A stretch of DNA of 63,842 bases, filler included, from Sphacelaria rigidula (taxonomy: Eukaryota): assembly GCA_964200075.2 (NCBI GenBank). It is 6 parts of 6 records of this genome, joined end to end, with 100 filler letters (N's around TTAATTAATTAA, not from the genome) between each part and the next. Parts side by side here need not be neighbours in the genome. Positions count along the whole stretch, not along the records: positions 31,975 to 42,530 come from CAXNAA020006280.1; positions 42,631 to 53,186 come from CAXNAA020006281.1; 4 more parts are not named here. The stretch is one strand, 5' to 3'. Positions within the stretch are counted from its first letter, which is position 1. The number at the start of each line of letters is the position of its first letter. The notes beneath the pieces are model-generated. The model was not told the DNA's origin. It made no database searches and was given only the letters and a program-made list of their open reading frames with translations. Below are positions 37,297 to 48,434 of this stretch, in pieces. The position numbers were made by a program, and so were the translations under genes.

Positions 37297-39816
37297 ATGC
37301 CTAGCTCGTGCACCCACACTAGTTGCACCACGAGAGCATCATATGGCATGGCGGGTAGCAGGAAGGCAGAGTTCTGCGCTGCCCACGCCAAAGCGGGCAT
37401 GGTCGATGTGAGGAAGAAGCGGTGCGGCGACGAGGGCTGCTCGAAATACCCATCGTTCGGTGCAGCCGGTAGCAGGAAAGCAGAGTTCTGCGCCGCACAC
37501 GCCCGAGTGAGCATGGTCGACATGAAAAAGAAGCCGTGCAGCGAGGAGGGCTGCTCCACATACCCATCTTTCGGTGCTGCCGGTAGCAGCAAGGCAGAGT
37601 TCTGCGCCGCACACGCCCGAGTGGGCATGGTCAACGTGGTGAGCAAGCGGTGCAGCGAGGAGGGCTGCTCTGCAAGAGCATCGTTCGGTGCAGCCGATTA
37701 CAGGAAGGCGGAGTTCTGCGCCGCACACGCCCCAGCGAGCATGGTCGACGTGGCGAGCAAGCGGTGCAGCGAGGAGGGCTGCTTCACAAGACCATCGTTC
37801 GGTGCATCCAGCAGCGGGAAGGCGGAGTTCTGCGCCGCACACGCCCGAGCGGGCATGGTCAACGTGGCGAGCAAGCGGTGCGGCAAGCAGGGCTGCTCTA
37901 CAAGAGCATCGTTCGGCGCAGCAGACAGCAGAAAGGCGGAGTTCTGCGCCGCACACTGCCGAGCGGGCATGGTCGATGTGACGAGCAAGCGGTGCGGCAA
38001 GGCGGGCTGCTCCACAAGACCATCGTTCGGTGTAGCCAGTAGCAGGAAGGCGGAGTTCTGCGCCCCTCACGCCCGAGCGGGCATGGTCAATGTGAAAAAC
38101 AAGCAGTGCGGGAGGGAGGGCTGCTCCACAGTACCGTCGTTCGGTGCAGCTAGTAGCAGGAAGGCGGAGTTCTGCGCCGCACACGCCCGAGCGGGCATGG
38201 TTGATGTGACGAACAAGCGGTGCGGCAAGCAGGGCTGCTCTACAAGACCGTCGTTCGGCGCAGCTAGTAGCAGGAAGGCGGAGTTCTGCGCCGCACACGC
38301 CCGAGCAGGCATGGTCGATGTGAGGAGCAAGCGGTGCGGCGAGGAGGGCTGCTCTGCAAGAGCATCGTTCGGTGCAGCCGGTAGCACAAAGATGGAGTTC
38401 TGCGCCGCACACGCCCCAGCGGGCATGGTCGATGTGAAAAACAAGCAGTGCTGGAGGGAGGGCTGCTCCACCATACTATCGTTAGGTGCAGCCGGTAGCG
38501 GGAAGGTGGAGTTTTGTGCCGCACAAGCCCGAGCGGGCATGGTCAATGTGAGAAACGAGCGGTGCAGCGAGGAGGGCTTCTCCACAATACTATCATCCGG
38601 TGCAGCCGGTAGCAGAAAGACAGAGTTCAACGCCGCACACGCCCGAGCGGGCATGGTCGATGTGGTAAGCAAGCGGTGCGGCAACCAGGGCTGCTCTACA
38701 AGAGTATCGTTCGGCGCAGTCGGTAGCAGGGATGCGGAGGTCTGCGCTAGACACGCTCGAGCAGGTGTGCTTCACCTGAGAAACGAGCAATGCGGCAAGG
38801 ATGGCGACCCGAACCAATCATTTGTCGGTGAAAGAGCTGACAGCAAGGTTACGTTGTGCGCCGCACACGCTCAAGCGAGCACGGTCGACATGTCACGAAG
38901 ACGGTGTGGGAAAAAGGGCTGCTCCGTCATATCGTTATTCGGTGCAGCCTGTCGCAAGAAAGCGGAGTTCTGCCCCACACACGCCCGTCCAGGCGTGGTC
39001 GATGTGGTACGACGACGGTGCAATAGAGAGGGCTGCTTCGCACGGCGATCACCCGGTGCAGTCGGTTGCAGGGATGCGGGGTTATGCGCCGCACACGCCA
39101 GCTTAGGGATGGCCTTCATCAACGGCGTTAAATGCGCCTCGCTGCATCATTCTAACCTGGTTCGGGAGGACGGAAATATCTATCATCATGCTCCATGTGG
39201 CTTGGTCAGAGGGTCTGATCCCGCAGGACATATCCGAGAAAAAACCCCAGCGAGTGACGGCTTGGTTGTGGGAGAGACTGGTGTTGGTATCGATAATTGG
39301 GGTGAAACATGTGGCTATCCACCGAATGGCGGCCCCAACACGAATGATGGTGGTCGTGACTCTGAGTCTCGTCCCAGCTCGCGTGCCATCCGTGTTACTC
39401 GATGGGGTGCAAATTCCACGACCACTTCGCCTTCCCCCTCGAGACAGCCCCCCGGCGCGATGGCAGCAGATGGGGTCACTCTAGGTGGGTCAAAGATGTG
39501 CATGAAACTCAAAATGGAAATGACTGTTGCGCCTACGCAAGATTTCGAGGGGATTCGAACTAGCAAACGAGTTACTGCGCGATTCAGCAGTTGCGACAGC
39601 ATGAGCGGCTCCGGCAGAACTACCAGAAACAGTAGCATCACCCATAGAAGGAACACGAAGCGGCTTCGCCGGACGACCCAGGTGGTGTCGGTACCTGACG
39701 TGGCAGCCGGGGATGATCTGTCTGAAAACGATAGAACCAACGTGAAGTTGGAACTGAACGTGTCCGCCCGGTCTCGTCACGCGTCCGCGGCCCCACTCCG
39801 CCAGCGAAAGAGGTAG
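37297..39816 (+). CDS. EsV-1-7 cysteine-rich repeat protein (16 repeats of 38 aa)
   Basis: Repeat consensus CxxxGCSxxxSFGxxxSRKAEFCAAHARAGMVDVxxKR (C-x4-C-x16-C-x2-H). First ATG at 37297 follows a pyrimidine tract and CAG acceptor at ~37285. C-terminus is PLRQRKR. Confidence 0.9.
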   Translation: MPSSCTHTSCTTRASYGMAGSRKAEFCAAHAKAGMVDVRKKRCGDEGCSKYPSFGAAGSRKAEFCAAHARVSMVDMKKKPCSEEGCSTYPSFGAAGSSKAEFCAAHARVGMVNVVSKRCSEEGCSARASFGAADYRKAEFCAAHAPASMVDVASKRCSEEGCFTRPSFGASSSGKAEFCAAHARAGMVNVASKRCGKQGCSTRASFGAADSRKAEFCAAHCRAGMVDVTSKRCGKAGCSTRPSFGVASSRKAEFCAPHARAGMVNVKNKQCGREGCSTVPSFGAASSRKAEFCAAHARAGMVDVTNKRCGKQGCSTRPSFGAASSRKAEFCAAHARAGMVDVRSKRCGEEGCSARASFGAAGSTKMEFCAAHAPAGMVDVKNKQCWREGCSTILSLGAAGSGKVEFCAAQARAGMVNVRNERCSEEGFSTILSSGAAGSRKTEFNAAHARAGMVDVVSKRCGNQGCSTRVSFGAVGSRDAEVCARHARAGVLHLRNEQCGKDGDPNQSFVGERADSKVTLCAAHAQASTVDMSRRRCGKKGCSVISLFGAACRKKAEFCPTHARPGVVDVVRRRCNREGCFARRSPGAVGCRDAGLCAAHASLGMAFINGVKCASLHHSNLVREDGNIYHHAPCGLVRGSDPAGHIREKTPASDGLVVGETGVGIDNWGETCGYPPNGGPNTNDGGRDSESRPSSRAIRVTRWGANSTTTSPSPSRQPPGAMAADGVTLGGSKMCMKLKMEMTVAPTQDFEGIRTSKRVTARFSSCDSMSGSGRTTRNSSITHRRNTKRLRRTTQVVSVPDVAAGDDLSENDRTNVKLELNVSARSRHASAAPLRQRKR
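37309..39132 (+). repeat. Coding tandem array, 16 x 114 bp
   Basis: Exact 114-nt period with no indels; the next Cys codon falls at 39133. Confidence 0.95.
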
Positions 39817-42085
39817 ATTGAATGGAGGGCCCGTGCTCGCCTTTTTCCTCACTGATGTTCGACAAAGCGTTGTTCCATCGTATCTATGGTGCGCAAGTCG
39901 TGATTTCGCTTGAATCTTTGCCGTGCATATCAGTCTATTTGTTTTCAAGTCAAATCGTGCAGCTATGTCCGGTCGGTGGCTGGGGAGGCGGAGGTCGCTG
40001 AGTCGTTCTTTTCGATATATGTGTGGTGGCGGATCGTCTTCCGCAATGGTTTTCGAAGCGTGATAAATTTGAAATCTGCATCTTCTCCTGGTCATGTCAC
40101 TACGTTTTGCTCGTTACCGCGCAGAAAGGTGCAGTTGTAGCCATGTGCCGTACCGCCGCATCCCAGTGATCCAACTGGTTCATGCAGAATCGATCAGGGC
40201 GGAATGTTTCGGCTTAGAATCCCGATGGATACGTTTCCTCATATGTATGTGAAGTCCGTCTTCGGAAACGTGAGGGCATGAGTATCTGGGATTATTTGAC
40301 GACAGCCAGCAAGGTATGGGAGGGGCTGATCTTCTTGGTGATACCAAAATGTTGGGCATGCGCCAGGGGAAACATGGGTTGATCCCTCGTGACTACGAAC
40401 TCGTCCCGAGGTACGGGGTGGATTGAGAGTGGGATGAAGAGAAGCGCAGCCCATGCGCTACTTGTGTAACCGTTGTTTTCCTCTCGATATACAGGATCAG
40501 GACTTGTACCTAGCGGCAAGAAAGCGCAGCTGGAACGTACACCCCCATTAGGTAGCACGAGGCTTCGAACTGCTCGGGAATATGGACATGAGATGGTCAC
40601 GTGCAGCGTAGTAGTACGGCACATTGCATCATACTGAACGATAACGCGCAGCTCTATTTACGGTTAAGGACGTGCGACATCCGTGCCCGCCCGTGAGCCT
40701 TGCGCCTGTGGGAATATCAAGGTTGTGAGTGTCGTGAAGTTGAACATCACCCACACTAGAACCGAGTTTCAACTGCAATATGAGTCCTGAAACAGGACAG
40801 TTCGAGAAAATCCCAACAAGTAGACACGGAGTTTTTGGCAGTCGACACTGAGATCAATTACTTTGAGAAGGGTTGGGACAAGCCGAACCCAAAAGCGTTT
40901 GCCACACACAATTGTTCTCGTCACTGATACCACGTTGTTCGCGTTTAGTCCACTGCTGGCAAATTGAGTCAGAAATTGTGCATTATTCCTTCCACAAGAG
41001 CGATTTTTGCTACAGGCAGACGATCGGTGTATACCTCCGCTGCCTCCGACCATTTGGGCGCGAGATGGCGCAAAACAACCCTGGATGTGCCCCCTGCGGA
41101 TTACGCGAGAATCGAGTGCTTCGGCATGAAACACCCCGGTTACTGTCATAAGCAAGGAGTTGTGGACAAATATTGTTTCGGAGCTCGCCATCGGGTGTTG
41201 TATCCGTGAAACCAGAGGGGTTTTAAAGCTACGAGCTGGGCCAGCCTAGAAGTGGATTCGTAGTTTGCATGCACTTTCGCAGCTCAACATTTTGACTTGG
41301 ACCCTAGATTTTGGTATGGACGTTGCATAAGGTGTCATGAAATAACGTATGCGTGAAATCCAAGACTCTTTTCCCGCCATTGTCAGACGGCAACCTACAG
41401 TGACCTAAAAAAACTCCTTGTTGCCTTTAGGCAGCTTCTCATACCAAACAAGAATAGAACCAGTGAAGAGCGTCTTTTAAAAAAAACATATTCCGTCGTT
41501 TCACGTCTCAACTAAGTGAAGTTTGACGCATTGGAATGACCTGCGCTACTAGTTGAGGCGGGTCGCGGGCATGTTCGCGTTCTCTGGTGTCACCAGTTTT
41601 TATTCCGCCCAACAAGCGTTCTTGTCCAGAGACGATCAAGTTAAGAGAAAAATATTCTATATTTTTAGGTTTGACCATTCTGGACCGTTCTTGGACCAAA
41701 AAGCTTGTTTGGCCAAAACCCAAACTGCGGCGACAGGAGAACGCCAAGATGTCCTGGAACCGCACCAACGAGTAGAAGAAAAGTGATTCTAGGGTCAAAC
41801 TCCGTCTAGCTCTCTTTTAGGGGGTAAAACCATTTAACAGCCCCCCCAAAAGGCACCTTTTCAGCTTTTTATTTACTTTACTATGAGAGGCGGCCTCACC
41901 TCATGAACTGAAAACTTCTTTGGGTTCACGCATCTGTGCTTTGATGACGTCCGATACATTGTCCTTGTTCAACTTCGTGGTACAACCCTGAATATTAATA
42001 TGCTAATAGACCATTCAAAAGCCGGACCGGCCGAAATTCGGAACATAATTTTGCAGGTGACTCACCGACCCGGGTTGTTTAGGAA

Positions 42086-42376
42086 GTGAACAGTTTGCCG
42101 CTTGAACCAGTAAGCGCTCATTGTTTTAGTGGGTAGACTGTTCGCTTCCTGAACACAAGATATACTGTTCGAATCCCGGCATGATGTGTTGTGGAAGGAA
42201 GGAGTTGGACATGTGTACAGAGCGAGGCTTGCGAGTGGCAAGAGGCCCCGGAGATCACTGCTGTGTCATGCCTGGGCGGACCACACAGCATATCTTATGT
42301 TCAGGAAGAGAACAGTAAACCCATTGAACCACTGAACCAGCGAGCGCTCACTGGTTTAACGGGCAAACGGTTCGCC
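42086..42376. mobile_element. MITE-like foldback with ~85-bp inverted arms
   Basis: GAACAGTTTGCC...CTGTTCGCTTCCTGAACACAAGATATACTG versus CAGCATATCTTATGTTCAGGAAGAGAACAG...GGCAAACGGTTC. Confidence 0.7.
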
Positions 42377-42530
42377 AATGGGTAAAGTGTTAGCTTCGTG
42401 AACAGATGTTTGGTACTCATGTAATGAAATGTTGTGTAGGACCTCGCAAGGGCATCATGAACTACGAGCTGGGCCAGCCTAAAAACGGATTTAAGCTCTA
42501 AAAGCAATATCTCATCGACACAGACGAGTT

Positions 42531-42630
42531 NNNNNNNNNNNNNNNNNNNNNNNNNNNNNNNNNNNNNNNNNNNNTTAATTAATTAANNNNNNNNNNNNNN
42601 NNNNNNNNNNNNNNNNNNNNNNNNNNNNNN
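42531..42630. other. Artificial contig linker
   Basis: N44-TTAATTAATTAA-N44. Confidence 0.98.
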
Positions 42631-42730
42631 CAGCTTCTCGTTGTGCTCGGCTTTTCCCAGTTCGCTTCACGTGAAGATTTTGCCTCCCAAAACCATGCAC
42701 TTTTTGGGGGGGGCTATCGTAGAAAGTGTC
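42631..42730. mobile_element. Right half of the GACACTTTCT-TIR MITE at contig start
   Basis: Matches 17111-17210 and ends GGGGCTATCGTAGAAAGTGTC. Confidence 0.85.
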
Positions 42731-42751
42731 CTAAGCGAACAAATGCAACAG

Positions 42752-43906
42752 CTACGACAAGTCATCCACCCCGAGCAGTCTGCCAAGGGAAGCGAAAGAT
42801 CCTTCCTCTCCCTCCTCCTGCCCCTCCCCTCCCCCACTGCTACTACCGCAACGGCCACCTACCCTCCCCGTACAGGGAATATGGGTTGTGCACAGATCGC
42901 CTCCACCCGCCGACGATGGCGCACCCTTCAGCACGAAACTACTGCCGCCGCTGCCGACGCCGCCGCTGCCGTCGCCGCCGCCACCCCCGTTTATCCGCAT
43001 CTGCTGCTCCGCGAGTCGTCCGTGTTGTGAACGGCGGTCCGGCGTCGCGTTGTTACGATGCAGGTGCTGATGCTGAATCTGGTGGCGATGCAGATCATGA
43101 GGTGAATTGTTACCGCCATCACGATCATGCCGACTGGTCTGCTGCTCTGAGGAGGAGGGCATAACGTCGTTCCATCCGTCGATAGAGGTCGCTCCGATCG
43201 AAAGTATCGACTCCTGGCTATTTTCGCGCGGCGTGCTTCCAGCGACCATTAATCCCATTTGGCTCCAGCTGGGGAAAATTCCCCGCGGCGGCGCCGACGG
43301 CGAAGTACCCGGCTCCTGCCGCTCCTGTTGCCCGCGGTGCGGTATCGGCGGTGAGGCTGCCCCAACCACCACCTCGTTAAGCGCGTCGATGTCGCCTTCG
43401 CAAAGGAGATCACCTTCGTATGATACCCTGCGCGAAGCCCGCGCGGATTGCAAGGGCGATAATTGCCACCGCTCGCCCTGAACCCGATCCACGAATTGGC
43501 GGGAACTCGGACCCAAGACAGCCTCTTCGCCTGGCCTAGGCAAAGAATCCACGTTGCATTCTCCGATGGGGCTCACCTCTACGTGACTGCAGCTCCGAGT
43601 AGAGGCCCAAAATTCAGAGCCGCCGCCGCCACCGCCTCGCACCTCCTCTTGTTCCGGCGCGACGGACACCACGTCGGTTCCGTCAGACGGCACGGTCAAC
43701 CCAGCGCGCGTTTCGGCATCCCAGGTAGAGGAATCCAACATGCGTGGGGCTACCCACGCTTGGTACGGCGACTTTGGGGTCGGGGTACGGTTCAGGACGC
43801 GTTCATGCTGGTTCTCCCGGCGCTGCTGCTTTTCCTGAGGCCGCGAAATTCCTTGCACTCCGTTGACATTATTGTTATCGTCAGCGTTGGAGTTCAGACG
43901 ATGGGA

Positions 43907-43937
<31 letters not shown>

Positions 43938-44492
43938 TGCTGTCGGCGATATTGAAGCGGTGGCCGCTGCTTCTGTTGCTGCTGCTGACGCTTTTGCGAG
44001 AGGATCCGCACCTGTACCGCCTTGGAGGATGTGCCCGCCTGCCGTGTTGCCAGTGCGTCCTCCTGTTTCACGGCGCTGTCGAGGACGAGATGAACGTCAG
44101 GGTTGCCATGGCTGCTGCTGCTGCTGCTACTGCCGCTGCTGCTGCTGCTATCCTCATTATCGTTGGAATTATCCACGTCGGTGGAATTTTCGCTGCCATG
44201 ACCGCGCCGACTGTCGTTGACGGTGCCCGCCGTCCTTGCACCGGCGTTGGCGGCGTCGCTCCCCTTCGTGAGAGCTGCTGAACAGGCACCAGCCGCCCGG
44301 ATAGCCAGGTGGCAGTGCTGGGCACACGCGCTCATGTCACAGATCATGGCACCATCAAGAAACTCGTCGTACGTCGGCACGTACTTGTCCAGCGTCGACA
44401 TCAACTCTGCGCGGCATGTCTCGTACTCCTCCCGACACTCGTGACACCCAAACGCTGTCAGCGCTGAATGTATGCCGTGCCCCCCGCCATGT
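42752..44492 (-). CDS. Last exon (D) of a multi-exon gene: conserved helical/Cys segment, then a poly-S/poly-Q low-complexity tail
   Basis: Pyrimidine tract and AG acceptor (TCAAG|A) in phase 2. Length 1741 nt to TAG at 42752-42754. Confidence 0.75.
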
Positions 44493-45239
44493 CTTGAGTT
44501 AAGCAAGCAGGAGAGGGGAAGCGAAGGGGGGGGGGGGGGAAGTAGCAGGGGTAAACGATCAAGAGTGATGGAGCGGACAGGGTAGGCACCGGCACTTGAA
44601 GGGCGTAAAAGCAAGCCTCTCTTGGTGAATATCATTTTCTGGGATCATGACTACTGACATGCTGCTTTCGACGCTCCCGCCACCAAGCAGGAAAGGAAAA
44701 GATATAATAGCAACATCGCAAACACCATTCCCGACAAACATGCTGACAGCAGCGGAGCACTTCGAACATCAACCAACGACGACCCACCGACAACACCATC
44801 AGTCGCAGCCACGGCCCCCCCTCCCCCACGGGGTTGGCGTCGGTTGGCAACGATGCTGTAAAACACGCCACTCACTACGTAGGCTACCAGGTTACCGGGT
44901 TTTTTGCGCGCTTGCGTTTTTTTTGCGGTAACCATGATGGTGGTCCAGGTAGATCCTGTTGTACGGGGAAGGAGAACCTCGATTCCGCGCAAAGGGGATG
45001 ATCATTTTGCGTAGTGTTTATATGGTGAGACACCCATGAGGTAGTGTGGAACCCTTGAGTGTCTCTGGAAGTGGCGATACCAGAAAATGAAGGTCATGGG
45101 AGGCTGTCATCCATATGCAATATAATCAGTACGCTTCGGGCCGAAGAATCTTAACAGGATGCAGCTCACCCCTCATACGACTCGCCGAACACATCACGGC
45201 TTGGTGATTGATTGTGAGCCTGGTCCGGCGAAAACCGGC

Positions 45240-45935
45240 GTGCTCCGTCCCAGCTTTGTAAGGATGCGAGGTCAATGGTCGTATGACTACGGCATGCAAG
45301 ATTATGAGTACACGCCCCCCCGCCTCCCTCCCCCGATAGAAATAAGGGAAAAAAAAACGCTAAGGCGGAAAGTAAACGAGGAAGAGCACCCAAGTATATA
45401 CGGCGGATTGAGAGAGGGGATAAGGATGAAAACATATCTGCATGGCCCAACGGACTCCGCGAAAAAAATGAACCTGTGATGTCGGGTGGGGGACCTGGAT
45501 CTGCCAGAAAGAAGGAGATATGCCAGTAGTCGAGTGAAGGAGGAAGAAGATGCACAGAATTGCCTCTGTGGCAAAGGAATAGAGAGCAGAAGTCATATAG
45601 GGGCAGGATGTGAACTATACAAGGAGGAACGGAACGTGCTAGAGGTAAAAATGCGGGACGTGAACGAAGGTGGGATGAAATCGTTTCATGCATTAGACAG
45701 TAGGGAGAAAACGATGGCTATACTATTATAGGACATCGATGGTAACCACACACAGCGAAACATGACGGGGATATGAGATGTAAAATGTTTCTGTGTAATG
45801 TATGGAAGAAGCGTACTGAGCGCCAAAGTGTTGGGGGTGTCTCTATTAGGAGTAGGAACGGTGCTTCGTCTCGAAAGGGATGCGTGGTCGATGGTCAAAT
45901 GATCAAGGCAAGCAACGAATGAGTACCCCCCCCCC
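45240..45935 (+). mobile_element. Non-LTR retrotransposon 3' fragments (one diverged tail plus a longer copy) in an intron
   Basis: KTYLHGP...GDLDLPERR...CLCGKGIESRSHIGAGC is a C-terminal CCHC-type finger with stops. The tail GGATGCG.GGTC.ATGGTC...ATGAGTAC-C(n) occurs at ~45260-45320, 45878-45935 and 63770-63842. Confidence 0.75.
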
Positions 45936-45975
45936 CCTCCGTGCCGAGTACGCCTACACGTTCAAGAGTCGGCAC

Positions 45976-46213
45976 CTGGTCAAGCCTGGCGTCTTCGCAA
46001 GGTTGGCAGCAATCATCCTGGCAATCGGCAGTGTATCCGTCCTGCCTAGCTTGAATTTCATGAAGAGAGCAGCGGATCCCAGAGTGACTAAACACAGCGA
46101 CCCCCCCCCGCCGTGGGTCAGCCTGGTCATTTCCGCGATGATGAAATCGTGTATGTGTTCTAACCCCACACCGGTGTGGTTGAGGCCGTTAGCCCGGATT
46201 GTCAGCAGAAGTA
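45976..46213 (-). CDS. Exon C of the same gene
   Basis: CAG acceptor (phase 1) and AG|GTGCCG donor (phase 2); 238 nt reading LLLTIRANG...LAKTPGLTR. The acceptor choice is less certain. Confidence 0.65.
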
Positions 46214-46909
46214 CTGCTCGCGCACATATCCATGTTTTGTTTTGAAAACGCAAAAAATTAAAAAAACAGCGAATAAGTAAACAGAAAGCACGGGGAAGAA
46301 GAATAGAGGTGATAAGACAGTCGACTGAGAACGTGAAGTTAAGTAGTAACAAGTGGTACGCAGTTTTCTGGTTGACAAAAAAAACATTAGGCATTACATC
46401 TGAGCAGACGATATGCCTTGGGTGACATATGATGAGCAACGAACATATACTGCGAGAAGCAAACGAGCGTGATTTCAACGCAAACGTTCGACATGTCTCA
46501 CAGGACAGCACGTCTCTGAATTCCGGCACAACCTAAACGGGACGGAAGGGATACACGCTAGGCAGATGACACTTACCACGTAACAAAAAATCTCTGAAAA
46601 AATAACTAGGTCAAATCACTGCCCTTGTTGGCAAAACAGCAGCAGCAGCAGCAGCACCACCACCATCAAGAGTAGCAGCAACAGCAACAGCAACAATGTA
46701 CGCTACGCTAAGAATTCTAGGACAGGCATATATACACCGAGATACAAAACAGTATACACCTACACAACAATAAAAACAATAACAATAACAACACGTGACC
46801 GTTTCTCTTCTTTTTTGTCGCAGTCATGTTGACAGCCACACGACAACAAACCATACGAGACAGGATACGAATGCCGCCTCTGGTCAACCCGTACGGGGTC
46901 CAATCTCAC

Positions 46910-47252
46910 CGTCAGTAGTCACATACGACGCAAGCGCGGGTGGGGGCGGCAAGAAGCGAGCGACCCGACCACCTTCATCGCTACCGCTGCCGTCATCCCC
47001 GCCGCTGCCGCCGGACGTACCCCCAGCATCCACGAGCTCCGCGAGAGCCTTGTCGGAAGGCGTTTGAGCGTCGAGGTCGCCCGCCGAGAAAACCGTTCTC
47101 TTTCTTACGGCATTCACGGGGTTGACAGAGTACGCCTCCTCAAAAGTAAACGTTTGTAGACCATCCAGGAGACTGTAGTGCGTGAAGACTGCCTCAATGA
47201 GCGGGTCCTTTTCGGGGAGAGAGTCGTACACCGCCCGGGCCTTCTCCATTGC
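46910..47252 (-). CDS. Exon B of the same gene
   Basis: T-tract-ACTACAG acceptor (phase 0) and G|GTGAGA donor (phase 1); 343 nt reading AMEKARAVYDSL...SYVTTD. Confidence 0.75.
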
Positions 47253-47583
47253 CTGTAGTTTTTTTTGTTCGTTTTTTTTTCAGCAAGAGAAAAAGTCAAC
47301 CAATGAATTATCATATCCGTTTGGTCGAATCAATCAGTCAATCAGTCAATCAATCGATTGATCACGCATTCACCAATTGGATTATTCCTCTCGTGAAAGG
47401 GAAAAAGCATCCTTCCGACGAAGGTGCATAGACTCGAAGGTGGCGGTGCGCACAATGACGTCGGAAAATGACGACGAAATCGAATGCATGAATATATATA
47501 TTTACAAATAGGCTTCATTATTTCTTTTTCGAGTGAATTGCGTGCGTGTATTCGTTCTGTGCGTACATTTATTTGGTGCCCAC

Positions 47584-47911
47584 CTTCTTGTACGCAGGCC
47601 CCCGAATCGAGTTGTTCTTCAAAATTGTGCACATTGCAAACAGAACGAGCGCGGCCACCGAGAACCGATCCGCCAGACCCCGAAATTTATCCAGAGACAG
47701 TTCCGCGGCTTCCATGTGGCGCGCCACATTCGCCACGGGGCAACCCAGCATTAGACCCCCGATCACCATGGCCGAAAACACGGCGCACGATAGCGCGTGG
47801 CCTCTCATGGACTCCGGTCCTGTGAGGGTCTCCAGCGAGCTGGCGTTCACAACACCTGTAACTATGCGCATGAGGCCGTCTCGTATGGAGACCTCGTCGC
47901 TGACCGCATAC
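47584..47911 (-). CDS. Exon A (internal) of the same gene, possibly a Zn2Cys6-type transcription-factor-like family; 5' exons not found
   Basis: C-tract-GACAG acceptor and AAG|GTGGGC donor; 328 nt including AVFSAMVIGGLMLGCPVANVARHMEAAELSL. Phases of A-B-C-D join without a break. Confidence 0.7.
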
Positions 47912-47974
47912 CTGTCGGGGGTGGGTGGGGGATGAAGCATTAAGAACCAACAATCCGCTTGATTGCAGTTATTA

Positions 47975-48433
47975 GTGTGCGAAGACGACAGCCGTCTCAG
48001 ACTTGGTAGATCTAGATGATATGCCATAAGGTGGCGATGGTGACCCCGCGGAAGAGATGCGGTTGGAGAAGTTGCGGCGCGCGATGCAGGAACTCGTATG
48101 TACGGATGCTACCAATATAGTCTCGAGTTCCCAATTCCGGCTTGCTAGGATGATGGCCGAGGTAGTGCTGATTAGGCAGGGATTCGGACTGACGGTATCG
48201 GAGAGCAAGACAGGGTCCATTTGCTTACGAGCAGTACCCAGCTCCGCAGAGACCGCACTGCAGCTTAATGCGGTAGGTCAACGGTATAAGCAGGCGACCA
48301 AGCTTGTCTACCTCGGTGGCGCTGTCAGCGCGGATGCTAATATCTCCATCAAAGCCACACACCGCACCAGCGCCGCGTGGGCAGACCTTCCACATTGTAG
48401 TTGTCAACTCTGCGATCGGCCCAACGCCCAGCT
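47975..48433 (+). pseudogene. Degenerate RTE-clade LINE RT fragment
   Basis: LARMMAEVV...FGLTVSESKT...GQRYKQATKLVYLGG is homologous to 20430-21217. Confidence 0.75.
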
Positions 48434-48434
48434 A

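Noticed and set aside
37194-39122. Long antisense and alternative-frame ORFs over the EsV-1-7 array
   Set aside because: Shadows of a GC-rich 114-bp coding repeat.
37297-39816. Endogenous phaeovirus insertion
   Set aside because: No other viral genes on the contig. The flanks are host SINEs and MITEs, and EsV-1-7 repeats form a known host gene family.
44493-44635. N-terminal 47 aa of the 627-aa ORF
   Set aside because: It corresponds to the intronic polypyrimidine tract upstream of the exon D acceptor.
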